From: Caulobacterales bacterium
GTDB lineage: Bacteria > Pseudomonadota > Alphaproteobacteria > Caulobacterales > Aquidulcibacteraceae
Length of the DNA stretch: 49,122 bases
Direction: 5' to 3'
NCBI GenBank assembly: GCA_044375455.1
Contig: JBILMQ010000001.1
Coordinates: 1 to 49,122, forward strand
Within the stretch, counting starts at the first letter, position 1. Each line of letters opens with the position of its first letter. The position numbers and the translations under genes are program-made. A model generated the notes under the pieces. That model ran no database searches. It was not told where the DNA came from and was given only the letters and a program-made list of their open reading frames with translations. Of the stretch, positions 10,054 through 19,074 are shown in pieces.

Positions 10054-11112
10054 ATGGATCTCTCGGATTTTGATTTTCCTCTGCCGGAAACTCAGATCGC
10101 GCTGTCGCCTGCGCGCCCGCGCGACAGCGCACGGCTGCTTGTCGTGCACCCCGGGGGGCGCCTGGAGGACCGCATCGTTCGAGAGTTGGCCGGGATCCTG
10201 AGGCCCGGCGATCTGATGGTCTTCAATGATACGCGCACCATCCCAGCCGCTCTCAAGGCCGTTCGCCCAGCGCGAAGTCCTGAGGGCGGCATGGTGCGCG
10301 TAAGCCTTAACCTCATCGAGCGCACAGGCCTGGATCGCTGGAAAGCGCTGGCCCGGCCGGGCAAACGGCTTCGCTGCGGCGATAGCCTATTTTTCGATAG
10401 TCTGTTTGCAACGGTCCTCGACAAGGACGAGGACGGTGTGATCACGCTGGCGTTTGATCAATCCGGAGCGGATCTTGACCAGGCGATCATTCGTCAAGGG
10501 ATGATGCCTCTGCCTCCCTATATCGCCGCGCGCCGCGCCGCAGGACGGGCCGATGAAGTTGACTATCAGACGGTCTACGCCAAGCGCGATGGGTCAGTTG
10601 CAACGCCAACCGCCGGCCTGCATTTCACTGAAGCCCTTCTGGCGGGTCTGACCCACGCTGGCATCGAACGCGAGCACGTAACCCTTCATGTCGGCGCTGG
10701 CACCTTTCTGCCGGTCAAGACCGATCGGGTGGAGGATCACGTTATGCACGCGGAATGGTGCGAAGTGTCTGAGGAGACGGCCGCAGCGCTGAACCGCGCG
10801 CGACGCGACGGGCGACGGATCGTCGCGGTTGGAACAACCTCGCTGCGCACGCTCGAAAGCGTGGTTGATGAAAAGGGATGCTTTCGCCCCTTTGTCGGTG
10901 AGACGCGCTTGTTCATCAGGCCCGGCTACCGGTTTCGGGCGGTGGACATTCTGATGACCAACTTTCACACGCCCAAGTCTACCTTGCTGATGCTGGTCTC
11001 CGCCTTCGCCGGCATGGCGACGATGCGGCGCGCCTATGCGCACGCGATCGCGTCTGGATATCGCTTGCTGTCCTATGGGGACGCTTCGTTGCTCCATCGC
11101 GCCGATGGCTGA
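10054..11112 (+). CDS. queA: S-adenosylmethionine:tRNA ribosyltransferase-isomerase
   Basis: [30 protein letters not shown]..., [10 protein letters not shown] and [17 protein letters not shown]. Confidence 0.92.
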   Translation: MDLSDFDFPLPETQIALSPARPRDSARLLVVHPGGRLEDRIVRELAGILRPGDLMVFNDTRTIPAALKAVRPARSPEGGMVRVSLNLIERTGLDRWKALARPGKRLRCGDSLFFDSLFATVLDKDEDGVITLAFDQSGADLDQAIIRQGMMPLPPYIAARRAAGRADEVDYQTVYAKRDGSVATPTAGLHFTEALLAGLTHAGIEREHVTLHVGAGTFLPVKTDRVEDHVMHAEWCEVSEETAAALNRARRDGRRIVAVGTTSLRTLESVVDEKGCFRPFVGETRLFIRPGYRFRAVDILMTNFHTPKSTLLMLVSAFAGMATMRRAYAHAIASGYRLLSYGDASLLHRADG

Positions 11113-12259
11113 GTTTTCCTTCACGATCGACGCGGTCTCAGGCGGCGCGCGAACTGGCGTCTTGGCCACGCCGCGCGGCGCAATCCGAACGCCCGCCTTC
11201 ATGCCCGTGGGCACCGCCGGAACTGTGAAAGCGCTCACCACCGAGCAGGTGCGGGCGGCTGGCGCTGACGTCATCCTCGCCAATACCTATCATCTGATGC
11301 TGCGCCCCGGGCCGGACCGCCTTGCCCGGCTCGGCGGACTTCATTCCTTGATGCGCTGGGACGGGCCGATCCTGACAGACTCAGGCGGTTTTCAGGTCAT
11401 GTCCCTCGCCAGCCTGCGCCGGCTCACCGAAGAGGGGGTTGAGTTTCGCTCCCATATTGACGGTTCTCGGCGACTTTTAACGCCTGAGACGTCGGTTGCG
11501 ATCCAAGCAGACTGCATCGGCGCAGATATCATCATGCAACTTGATGAGTGCGTGGCGCTGCCGGCCGCGCGTGACGAGGTCGCCCGTGCAATGGAGTTGT
11601 CGATCCGGTGGGCTCGGCGCTGCAAGACGGCATTCGGCGATCGTGACCGTCAAGCGCTGTTTGGCATTGTTCAAGGCGGGCTCGCGCCTGATCTGCGTCA
11701 AGCCTCGGCGCAGGCGCTGGTGGATATCGGCTTCGACGGTTATGCCGTTGGAGGTCTCGCGGTCGGGGAGGGGTTCGCCGCCATGTGCGAAACCCTTGAT
11801 GCGACGACGCGACATCTGCCGACTGAGCGTCCGCGCTACCTGATGGGGGTTGGCAAGCCGTTGGATATCCTCGAAGCGGTCGCGCGCGGCGTCGACATGT
11901 TCGATTGCGTGCTGCCCACCCGGGCGGGGCGACATGGCCAAGCCTGGACCTGGGACGGCCCCCTCAACTTGCGCAATGCAAAATACGCTGACGACCTGAC
12001 GCCGCTCGATCCGCAGAGCGATTGTCCTGCATCCTGCACCTATGCGAAAGCCTATCTGCACCATCTCTTCAGAGCGGGCGAGCATCTCGGGCCCATGCTG
12101 CTGTCCTTGCACAACGTCGCATTTTATCAAGGTTTCATGCAGCGTATGCGTTCTGCCATCGCCCATGGGGAGTTTCCCACGCTGCGGGCTGATCTTGCGG
12201 CCCGCTGGCGTGCGCAGGCCCGCGCGGCGAGCTCCCCGCCTAGTTTGGGGGCTGACTGA
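11105..12259 (+). CDS. tgt: tRNA-guanine transglycosylase (queuine tRNA-ribosyltransferase)
   Basis: ATG 11105 overlaps the queA stop by 8 nt. Motifs [40 protein letters not shown] and [11 protein letters not shown]. Confidence 0.92.
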   Translation: MAEFSFTIDAVSGGARTGVLATPRGAIRTPAFMPVGTAGTVKALTTEQVRAAGADVILANTYHLMLRPGPDRLARLGGLHSLMRWDGPILTDSGGFQVMSLASLRRLTEEGVEFRSHIDGSRRLLTPETSVAIQADCIGADIIMQLDECVALPAARDEVARAMELSIRWARRCKTAFGDRDRQALFGIVQGGLAPDLRQASAQALVDIGFDGYAVGGLAVGEGFAAMCETLDATTRHLPTERPRYLMGVGKPLDILEAVARGVDMFDCVLPTRAGRHGQAWTWDGPLNLRNAKYADDLTPLDPQSDCPASCTYAKAYLHHLFRAGEHLGPMLLSLHNVAFYQGFMQRMRSAIAHGEFPTLRADLAARWRAQARAASSPPSLGAD

Positions 12260-13115
12260 CATTTGAGACGCCAGCTGTTGGGCGTGCGGCGGCCGGCTCG
12301 CCCTGTGTCGCCGATTTCGGCTTTTCCGGCGGCGGCAGCGGCGCGGCCGGGGGCTTGCATCCAAGAGCTTCCCCAAGCCCCTTGAGATAGGCCCGTCGCA
12401 GTTGCCCCCGTTCAATGGCCTGATTAACCTTCTTATCGTGCCTGTCGGCGCCCGAGATCCAGCGCACCACCCCGCGAGCCGGGATGACTGAGGCTGCGCC
12501 CGAGCGAACCGCGTCCAGTATGACATCCCCCGCGACCTCGCCGCCTCGCTCGCCCAGGCTCTTGTCGGCCAGCGGCGAATCCTGATCCGGGCCAAGCACC
12601 GCATCCAGGGCGGTGACCTCCTGCGCGATCACGGCGCAGCTTGGGCTGGGCGGCGGCATGTAGGCGTAGTCGATCGCGAGCAGGATCTGGGGAATATCCT
12701 CGCGCACCAGTCCGATGTCTTTCAGTGGTTGGCGTGCCGCATCCCCGACGCCGGCACGGGTCTCGCGGGCTGCTTCCCGCATCCCGACCCCGGTTTCTCG
12801 GGCGGCGTCGCCAGCGGCGTCAACCGCACGCGCTGTGACCGACCCCAGATCTTTGTCTTGCCGGTCCGGTTGTTCCCTGGCCACGTTTTGGCTTGCACAC
12901 CCTGTCGCGATGCAGAGCCCCATGATGGCGATAAATGGAAGGGCGACGATCGCGCTGGCCCCGCGCTGCGCCTGGCATGAGCCGCCCAGCCGCTCACGCG
13001 ACAGCCGCGCCGTTGGGACTACGCAGGTGGGCTGGGCGAAGTCTTGCCCTGGGGGGGCGTGATGCGACCGGGGGGGGTGTCGCGGACGAGGCTTTGGCTG
13101 GCCAGGAGTGATCAT
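12240..13115 (-). CDS. Hypothetical lipoprotein (lipobox LCIATGC); unknown family
   Basis: Long ORF (track 12240..13190, TTG start). The first ATG is at 13115. A hydrophobic stretch [21 protein letters not shown] is followed by Asp/Arg-rich short repeats (DAARETGVG / [11 protein letters not shown] / DAARQ) and a Pro-rich tail. The start codon is uncertain. Confidence 0.55.
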   Translation of the reverse strand: MITPGQPKPRPRHPPRSHHAPPGQDFAQPTCVVPTARLSRERLGGSCQAQRGASAIVALPFIAIMGLCIATGCASQNVAREQPDRQDKDLGSVTARAVDAAGDAARETGVGMREAARETRAGVGDAARQPLKDIGLVREDIPQILLAIDYAYMPPPSPSCAVIAQEVTALDAVLGPDQDSPLADKSLGERGGEVAGDVILDAVRSGAASVIPARGVVRWISGADRHDKKVNQAIERGQLRRAYLKGLGEALGCKPPAAPLPPPEKPKSATQGEPAAARPTAGVSNVSQPPN

Positions 13116-13336
13116 GCTCGTTGTTCGTGTGGTTGGCGTCGCATCTGGAGCTGTGTCGGGCGCGGCTGTGCAGTCGAGCCGCGCCGCCAAGCCGCGACCA
13201 TCGTTTCTTTTGCCACCAATGTGGCCTCTTTGGGTCGCATCGTGAAGCCTCGCCTGCTGCGACGCAGAGCACTGCCCTCATTGACCCGTCACGGCGGCCT
13301 GCCTAGTGTCCGCACCGCTGCACGAGCGCCGCAATC

Positions 13337-13412
13337 GAGTCCGTAGCTCAGCCGGTAGAGCACCTGACTTTTAATCAGGTGGTCGTGGGTTCGAATCCCA
13401 CCGGACTCACCA
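13337..13412 (+). tRNA. tRNA-Lys (anticodon UUU)
   Basis: Folded by hand. Acceptor GAGTCCG/CGGACTC, D arm GCTC-AGCCGGTA-GAGC, anticodon arm CCTGA-CTTTTAA-TCAGG, T arm GTGGG-TTCGAAT-CCCAC, discriminator A and an encoded CCA. Confidence 0.95.
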
Positions 13413-13921
13413 ATATTTTCAAAGACGTATAGGTGGTTCGCCGGGTCCGCAAAAGAGCCGAAAAGCTCCGGGGTCCCAAGGGGGGCCAAAATACCGAAAC
13501 ATAGCGCGGCGTTGCGCCGCGTAGCGGCGCGTGTCGTGAAGGCAGAGTGCGCACGGCCTGCCCCGTGTGCCATCCGCCGGAAATCTAAGATGTCGGGCCA
13601 GGGTCGAACTTCAACCAAGGGACACGCCCCCGTGTCCCGACGGGTTCAGTACCGCGGCTGAGCGCTAGCTGCGCGTCAAGGGCGAGGCCGGCAAGCGAAC
13701 GACACCGGTGTTCGCTGGCCGAACGAGCGGGAGTGTCCCTTAACGTGCGAGCGCGGGGGCAAGAAGCAACACACCAGGAAGCCGCGGCCATCACATCGCC
13801 AGACTTTCCCAATTCTGTTGTTGAACATGAGGTTGAACAGCGGAATGCGACGGGCGGCGGTCGCGGACACGGGCCGTTCGGATATGGCTGGTTGAACGTC
13901 TTGCCCACGCTGCGTTTTCCT

Positions 13922-14578
13922 ATGCCCATCCCGGACTTCCAATCCCTTATGCTGCCGGTCCTTGAGGCCGTTCGCGAGGCAAAGAACACGGCAAAGAACA
14001 CGGCAAAGAACACGGCACGGGCGACGTAATCAAAGCGATGCGCGCCCGGGTCAACCTCACCTCGGAAGAACGCGCCCAGTTGTTGCCGTCCGCTTGTCGG
14101 CCCGTCATGGCGAACCGCGTCCATCGGGCCATCGCCTACCTCTCCAAGTGTCGGCTGCTGGAGCGTCCCGCCCGCGCCATTGATAGAACAACTGACCGCG
14201 GCTGAGCGGTGCTGGCGGAATGCCCCGCGCGGGTCGACCTGAAGTACCTCGCCCGCTTCCCAGAACTGGAATGTTTCCGCTCGGGCGAAGGTGAGCGTTC
14301 TTTGATGCCGGCCGTCGGGTCCGCGGCGCCGCGTCCACTCCCGACGAGCGCCTGCGCCAGGCGCGTCAGAAGATGGCGGCGTGGACGGTGTGATCGATCA
14401 GGACGCCCCTGGCTTGGATCGTGTGGAGTTGCAGGCCAAGCCATCTACCCACAATCCCGTTGCGCCCGCTGATATTCGCCACTTCTTCGCCAGCCTCGAC
14501 GCCATGAAGGCCGCAAAGGACGTCTCGGCTGATTTGGCGCGCGCCCGGCCGATGCTTTCCCCGGAGAGTTTGATGTGA
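13922..14578 (+). pseudogene. mrr: Disrupted Mrr-family type IV restriction endonuclease gene
   Basis: Pieces lie in three frames. MPIPDFQSLMLPVLEAVREA (Mrr_N start), then a frameshift. VIKAMRARVNLTSEERAQLLPS...NRVHRAIAYLSKCRLLERPARAIDRTTDRG, then an in-frame TGA. AVLAECPARVDLKYLARFPELECFRSGEG, then TPDERLRQARQK joined directly to DGGVDGVIDQDAPGLDRVELQAKP...IRHFFASLDAMKAAK (catalytic D-QxK core). The central region is deleted and the 3' end is truncated. Confidence 0.75.
13979..14014. repeat. Perfect tandem triplication, 12-bp unit GCAAAGAACACG x3
   Basis: Read directly. It lies inside the mrr remnant and encodes AKNT-AKNT-AKNT. Confidence 0.95.
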
Positions 14579-14940
14579 TGCGAAGGAGGGATCAAGCGGT
14601 CCCGGATGGCCTCGGCGTAGGGCGGGGCGCAGGTTGGATCGCCGAAAATCCCATGCCAGGCCTGGATGGGAAGCCGGGGTGTGCGCCCCATACACGCCGA
14701 AGTTGGCATCGAAGATCGCCTGGATCCGGGCCTTCCAGATATTTTTCCGCTCTGGCACGCTTCGAGCGCTTGTCGGGGTTGGCCTGGCACGCCGCGTGTG
14801 CATGCCGGGTGCTGGGAGTGATCTGCAAAACCCTGCGCATAGGCCTTGTCGCGCGCAATCGATCCCCCTCTCGGTGGGCTTTAACGATCGCCACGTGATC
14901 ATGATCATGGATCAGCATGGCCCGCGATCCCCCTGGTTTG
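14575..14940 (-). mobile_element. IS3-family transposase (OrfB N-terminal region) fragment, frameshifted
   Basis: Minus-strand frames give VKAHREGDRLRATRPMRRVLQITPSTRHAHAA...RSKRARAEKYL and ERKNIWKARIQAIFDANFGVYGA. These resemble the usual IS3 OrfB opening (..AHR....V..MCRVLqvaPSTyY....ARa.RD..L...I..i......YG). No DDE core follows. Confidence 0.5.
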
Positions 14941-15041
14941 AGCCGTGATCCGGCGTGGGCATGCCGATTTTCCAGTGCGTGTCGGACAGTCGCTTGGGCG
15001 TGCTTGCACGGCGCGGCCCGTACACAGGAGAGACATCTGTG

Positions 15042-15251
15042 ATGACGCCCGTGGCGGCTGGCGTCGATGTCGGGCGGAATTGGTTAGACGTTGCCGTTGC
15101 CCCGTCAGGCCGCAGTTTCAAAGCACCCGATGCGCTGTCCGGAATTGCCGTCATCGAAGATCGCCTGACCCGGTTGGGCGTCACGCGCGTCGTGCTGGGA
15201 TCCATCGGCGCATATGGGGTGCGCCTCGTGCGGGCGCTGGCCGCGGCCCCG
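15042..15251 (+). mobile_element. IS110-family transposase N-terminal fragment (about 70 aa)
   Basis: AGGAGAG then ATG. MTPVAAGVDVGRNWLDVAVAPSGRSFKAPDALSGIAVIEDRLTRLGVTRVVLGSIGAYGVRLVRALAAA matches the DEDD_Tnp_IS110 opening pattern (GiDV.k..LDVAv.PsG..f......G...l..rL......vVLEatGgYe..l..aL). Homology then stops. Confidence 0.55.
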
Positions 15252-15283
15252 GGATCAGCCGGGAGCACGAACGCAGTTGCCCC

Positions 15284-15658
15284 ATGGCCAACCGCATCAC
15301 CCTCCAGGGCAAGCTGCTCGAAGTCGCCAAGGTCCGCACCTTTGAGGTCCGCAGCGAAACCTTCGAAGTGGTCCAGCTCTGGATCGAGGTCACCGACGGC
15401 CAACGCCGCGACCGCCGCCAAGACGCTCTCGGAAGAACGCCCTTGTCGAGATCACCGGCAAGCTGCGCCACGATCGCTGGCAGGACCAGGCCACCAAAGC
15501 CTGGCGCAGGCAAGATCTACATCGCCGTCGAGCCCGGCGAGGGCACGGTCCGCTCCAAGGGGCTCGCGACGGCGGAGGCGGCGTGGCGGTTGGAGGGCCG
15601 CCGGCGTCTCAACGGGATGTCGGCGGCTCCAATCGCCGTTCCCGCCGCGCCTCCGTGA
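15284..15658 (+). pseudogene. Possible SSB-like (OB-fold) gene remnant, frameshifted
   Basis: Frame a: MANRITLQGKLLEVAKVRTFEVRSETFEVVQLWIEVTDG. Frame c: ALVEITGKLRHDRWQDQATKAW. Back in frame a: GKIYIAVEPGEGT. Frame c ends with a Gly-rich tail (DGGGGVAVGG). The pattern resembles SSB (N.v.L.G.L...pe.r / v.v.G.L..r.WqDq.g..r...ei.a) but is short and degraded. Confidence 0.3.
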
Positions 15659-15663
15659 CCGCT

Positions 15664-15679
15664 GCATTGACATCAATGC
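15664..15679. promoter_or_regulatory. Perfect palindrome GCATTGA-CA-TCAATGC overlapping a TTGACA hexamer; putative vapBC promoter/operator
   Basis: Read directly in a locally AT-rich patch 45-60 bp upstream of vapB. RHH antitoxins typically autoregulate at palindromes. The function is inferred. Confidence 0.4.
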
Positions 15680-15723
15680 ATGATAAATGATATCAACGCC
15701 ATCAAGATCGAAGGGTTGATGCT

Positions 15724-15978
15724 ATGCCTGCGGTGACGATCAGAAACCTGTCAGAGGAGGCCCGCCGAGCCCTGAAAGTTCGCGCCGCGCACAACAATCG
15801 CAGCACTGAAGCTGAGATGCGCGCGATCCTCGAAGAGGCCGCGCGTCCGAAGGATCGCCTGCGTCTGGGCTCGATGTTGCAGGATATCGGGCGCAAGCAT
15901 GACCTGACGCGGGCTGATCTCGAGGCGGTCGAAACCGTCAACGACCGACGCCCGAGCGAACCGATGACGTTCGAGTAA
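15724..15978 (+). CDS. vapB: Ribbon-helix-helix antitoxin (FitA/VapB-like)
   Basis: MPAVTIRNLSEEARRALKVRAAHNNRSTEAEMRAILEEA is a typical Arc/MetJ-type N-terminus. 84 aa, ending 10 nt before the PIN gene. Confidence 0.85.
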   Translation: MPAVTIRNLSEEARRALKVRAAHNNRSTEAEMRAILEEAARPKDRLRLGSMLQDIGRKHDLTRADLEAVETVNDRRPSEPMTFE

Positions 15979-15988
15979 GGCCGCCACC

Positions 15989-16405
15989 GTGATCCTTCTC
16001 GACACGAACGTGATCTCGCAAGCCATGGCGCGCGAGCCAGATCCAAATGCTCGCGCTTGGCTGGACGCGCAGGCGGCCGAGACCCTGTTTCTGACCTCGA
16101 TCACCATAGCGGAATTGGGCTTCGGAATCGGCGCGCTCCCCTCCGGCAAACGCAAATCGGCCTTGGCGGCATCGCTCGACGAGGTCGTCGGCCTATTTGC
16201 CGACCGCATCCTGCCATTCGATGCCTCGGCAGCGCGCCGATATGGCGATCTCGCCGTCAAGGCGCGCGCAGCCGGCAAGGGCTTTCCGACCCCGGACGGG
16301 TATATCGCCGCGATCGCTGCGGACCGAGGTTTCATCATCGCCTCCCGGGACGACACGGCATTCAAGGCCGCAGGGTTGACCGTCATCGACCCGTGGCGGG
16401 CTTAA
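15989..16405 (+). CDS. vapC: PIN-domain ribonuclease toxin (FitB/VapC-like)
   Basis: GTG start. MILLDTNVISQAMAREPDP...ITIAELGFG...TPDGYIAAIAADRGFIIASRDDTAF carries the conserved acidic PIN residues (D5, E42, D~103, D~121). 138 aa. Confidence 0.88.
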   Translation: MILLDTNVISQAMAREPDPNARAWLDAQAAETLFLTSITIAELGFGIGALPSGKRKSALAASLDEVVGLFADRILPFDASAARRYGDLAVKARAAGKGFPTPDGYIAAIAADRGFIIASRDDTAFKAAGLTVIDPWRA

Positions 16406-16477
16406 CAACCGCCCAAGATTTGCATGTGTTAAGCGCGACCCAGACTTACGAGATAAGGCGACACCCAGTCTTACGAA

Positions 16478-17473
16478 TTACTGTCGTAGCCGGTCGTTCC
16501 GGGCTGCGCGGTCGTGGAGCGGACAGGTCACGTCCGGCAGGCCGCGATAAAGGCGTTGTGAAGGGGCATAGACGTCGGCGGGGCGTTGCATGCCCAAGGC
16601 CTCGTGGGGCCGCTCCTGGTTGAATTCATCGACGAAGGCGTCGAAGCGGGCCTGCTGCTGAAGAGAATTCATGCCCGCAGGGCGCGCGGCTTCGGCTTTG
16701 AGAGTGCGATGCATGCGCTCATGACGGCCGTTCTGTTGCGGGTTTCCGGGCATGATCCGCTCGATTTCGACGCCGAGCCGAAGCCACCAGACGGAAAGCT
16801 TGGAGAGATTGAACAGGCCGTCGGGGCTTGCGAAGGGGACGCCGTTGTCAGAGCGAATGGCGCGCGGCAGGCCGCGCTCTTTGAAGAGGCGCTCGAAGGC
16901 CGGGAAGGTGAGGTCTTCGCGCACGGGCTCTTGTCCCTTGCAGAGCAGCAGAAAGCGTGAGGCCTGATCGGTGACTGTGAGCGGGTAACAATAACGCCCG
17001 TCGCCGAGCTTGAATTCCCCTTTGAAGTCAACGCACCAGAGGTCGTTGGGCCTGGCGGCTTGCGAACGCGGTGTGCCCTCAGCGCGGCTGCGGCGGCGGC
17101 CGATACGGGCACCCAGGCCATGGCGGTCGAGCACGCAATGGACGGTGCTGACTGCTGGCAGGCGCGCCTCGCCAGGCAACCGGCGCAACAGAAGCTCCCG
17201 GATTTTGCGCGCGCCCCAATGCGGTTTTTCACGCGTGAGCCGGACGATCAAGGCCTCGATCTGGGGCGGCAATTGATTGGCGTAGCGCACCGGCCGGCGC
17301 GAACGGTCGGTCCACGCCGCGAGCCCCTCCTCCTTGTAACGATTGAAGATTTTATAGCCCGTCTTCCGGGAGATCCCGAACTCCCGGCACACATCCGTCA
17401 TCGCCTCGCCCTCGATCAATCGGGCGACAAACTTGAGACGCTCTTGGACTGCCGAACTCTCTTTCCATGGCAT
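16478..17473 (-). CDS. IS481-family transposase (DDE/integrase core); probably lacks the usual C-terminal ~70-80 aa
   Basis: MPWKESSAVQERLKFVARLIEGEAMTDVCREFGISRKTGYKIF (HTH), then WCVDFKGEF, IRSDNGVPF and QQNGRHERMH (D, D, E). It ends ...CPLHDRAARNDRLRQ*. As I recall, relatives continue after HDR with a CGR...GQ..G..EV.D.IW.VSF segment. Confidence 0.85.
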   Translation of the reverse strand: MPWKESSAVQERLKFVARLIEGEAMTDVCREFGISRKTGYKIFNRYKEEGLAAWTDRSRRPVRYANQLPPQIEALIVRLTREKPHWGARKIRELLLRRLPGEARLPAVSTVHCVLDRHGLGARIGRRRSRAEGTPRSQAARPNDLWCVDFKGEFKLGDGRYCYPLTVTDQASRFLLLCKGQEPVREDLTFPAFERLFKERGLPRAIRSDNGVPFASPDGLFNLSKLSVWWLRLGVEIERIMPGNPQQNGRHERMHRTLKAEAARPAGMNSLQQQARFDAFVDEFNQERPHEALGMQRPADVYAPSQRLYRGLPDVTCPLHDRAARNDRLRQ

Positions 17474-17553
17474 CCAACGCCTCCCGCAAAATTGCGAAAA
17501 GCGTTACCCATGTGTCCGGTACAAAACGTCACCTGTCTCTCAGGTCGTTCACA
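16478..17553 (-). mobile_element. IS481-family insertion sequence copy; 5' end near 17553, 3' end unclear or truncated
   Basis: A TGTGAACGACCTGAGAGACAGG... terminus (comp. of 17532..17553) lies about 80 bp upstream of the transposase ATG, consistent with the TGTG.. inverted-repeat starts of IS481. No convincing matching repeat was found at the other end. Confidence 0.5.
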
Positions 17554-17643
17554 ACGAGGTATGTGTCTGCTGGTGCGCATGCCTCGCCGTTCTTCCTGGT
17601 TCAGGCGCGTCTCGGCCCCACTGCGCGCAAAGTCGACGCCCAG

Positions 17644-18663
17644 TCAACGCGGCGGAAGGCTTCTCGCAATCCGGAACCCGAAGCGACCGCTGCGCTGCGT
17701 CGGGGAGTACCAATCGCGCAAGGCTGCGCGCAGGCCGAGCGGGAAGGAATCCCAAGCGCCACCGCGCAAAACACGTGAGCGGCAGTCGCCGGATGTGTTC
17801 GCTTGTCCATTCTTGGGATTAGATGCGTAGGAGTTGACATAGCAATCAGCAGTCCAGGACCTGACATTGCCGGTCATGTCGAACAGTCCGAAGGGATTGG
17901 GGCGGTAAGTCCCTACAGGCGATGTTCGCTCATAGCCGTCGTTGCACGTCATGGTGGACCAGTTGGGAAACACCCGCTTGACCGTGTCATCCGCGGCGTT
18001 GACGAACTTACACCCCGCATTGGGATCGCTGCCCCAGAAGTAGGGTGTGGTGCGCCCGCCGCGATTTGCGTACTCATATTCAGCTTCGGAGGCGAGACGA
18101 TAGGCACGGCCGGTCTGCTGCGCCAGCCACCACGCATAGGAGGCGGCGTCGCTCCAGTTAACGCAGACAGCCGGATGACGATCGTCTTGCGGAAAACCCG
18201 GATCGCGCCAGCTGCTCTTCGGGTCCATCTGCACCACGCCAAGCGTTTCCCGATCGCTCCAGCAGCCGTTGCCGGCCGAGCGCCCGCTTGAATCGACGAA
18301 CCTCGCGTATTCGCTGCGAGTGATCGGGAAACGCGATATGGCGAAGGCGGGCGCTGAGACGCTGACCTGCTCCTCATCGGCTCCGCGCCCGATTTCGCCC
18401 GGAGGAGATCCCATCAAAAACGTACTGCCCGGCAGCACGACCATGTCTGGACAGGTTTCGCAGTCCCGGAACAGCGCGAACCCGGGGAAGTTTTCCGGGT
18501 CCGTGACGATCGGCGCGCGGATGTTGGCCGGGGCGGAGCGCGCGTCGACGAAGTCTTTCCGCAGGCCTGCCGGTCGCGCTGATGGCTCGGCGGCCTTTGC
18601 CGGCGCCAGATCACCCAACACGCAGGCGGTTGCCAGCGCTGCCATTGCCAGGACATGTTTCAT
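17644..18663 (-). CDS. Secreted formylglycine-generating-enzyme (FGE/SUMF1) domain protein
   Basis: Start taken at MKHVLAMAALATACVLGDLAPAKA (signal peptide). Motifs HPAVCVNWSDAASYAWWL, YRLASEAEYEYANRGG, GLFDMTGNVRSWTADCY, RVLRGGAWDS and GFRIARSL. Confidence 0.85.
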   Translation of the reverse strand: MKHVLAMAALATACVLGDLAPAKAAEPSARPAGLRKDFVDARSAPANIRAPIVTDPENFPGFALFRDCETCPDMVVLPGSTFLMGSPPGEIGRGADEEQVSVSAPAFAISRFPITRSEYARFVDSSGRSAGNGCWSDRETLGVVQMDPKSSWRDPGFPQDDRHPAVCVNWSDAASYAWWLAQQTGRAYRLASEAEYEYANRGGRTTPYFWGSDPNAGCKFVNAADDTVKRVFPNWSTMTCNDGYERTSPVGTYRPNPFGLFDMTGNVRSWTADCYVNSYASNPKNGQANTSGDCRSRVLRGGAWDSFPLGLRAALRDWYSPTQRSGRFGFRIARSLPPR

Positions 18664-18724
18664 GACAGAATCACACCCCATCTGAGCTTTTATCTTCGCT
18701 GACGGTTGCACGCCTGACAATTAA

Positions 18725-18757
18725 AGGTTGAAGGTCAAGGTTGATCGCCCAGGTTCA
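18725..18757. promoter_or_regulatory. Four direct AGGT(T/C)(G)A hexamer/heptamer repeats in the FGE/SNase divergent spacer
   Basis: Read directly: AGGTTGA AGGTCA AGGTTGA tcgccc AGGTTCA, 60-95 bp upstream of the FGE ATG. A regulator-binding role is only an inference. Confidence 0.3.
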
Positions 18758-18887
18758 AGAAAGCCTGCTCGATTGCAGCGCCAGCATGCGCCCAGTCCAG
18801 TTACAAAAATTTGACTGTGTAAGCCGTATCAACGCAAATTTGGCGCGGGGCTGGGCCGGCTGCAGGCGCTGCCTGCGGCCACGGAGC

Positions 18888-18921
18888 GGTTCGCGTCGGT
18901 GTTTGGTTCGCGTCGGTGTTT
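18888..18921. repeat. Perfect tandem duplication, 17-bp unit GGTTCGCGTCGGTGTTT x2
   Basis: Read directly. Confidence 0.95.
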
Positions 18922-19074
18922 ACTGCGTCCCGAAATCGCCGGTGTACGGCTCAGGTCTGCCCTTTGTCTGCATTTGGTGCTGCGGCGGGCGCGACCCGCG
19001 GGCGGACTGTTCCAGACACTTCGCCCTGGTCTTGGGGGCGCGGTGAAATCGAGCGCTGCTGTGAGGATCCTTGA

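Noticed and set aside
11477-12604. 375-aa minus-strand ORF across tgt and the lipoprotein gene
   Set aside because: It is antisense to tgt and out of frame with the lipoprotein, and it has no motifs.
13590-13675. tRNA-like or tRNA-Sec-like element suggested by GGGTCGAACTTCAACC and a GGGACACG-cccc-CGTGTCCC hairpin
   Set aside because: I could not fold a cloverleaf on either strand. There is no paired acceptor stem and no proper T arm. It is probably just a stable hairpin in island-flanking DNA.
14955-15683. 242-aa plus-strand ORF as a single intact gene
   Set aside because: Only its residues ~30-100 look like an IS110 N-terminus. The remainder is Ser/Arg/Pro-rich read-through of the SSB-like remnant in the wrong frame. 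It is split into two fragment calls.
16425-16450. Candidate right inverted repeat of the IS481 copy (TGTGTTAAGCGCGACCCAGAC)
   Set aside because: It shares only scattered identities with the TGTGAACGACCTGAGAGAC terminus at 17553. The transposase also appears C-terminally truncated, so the true end may be missing. It is left as uncertain rather than called.
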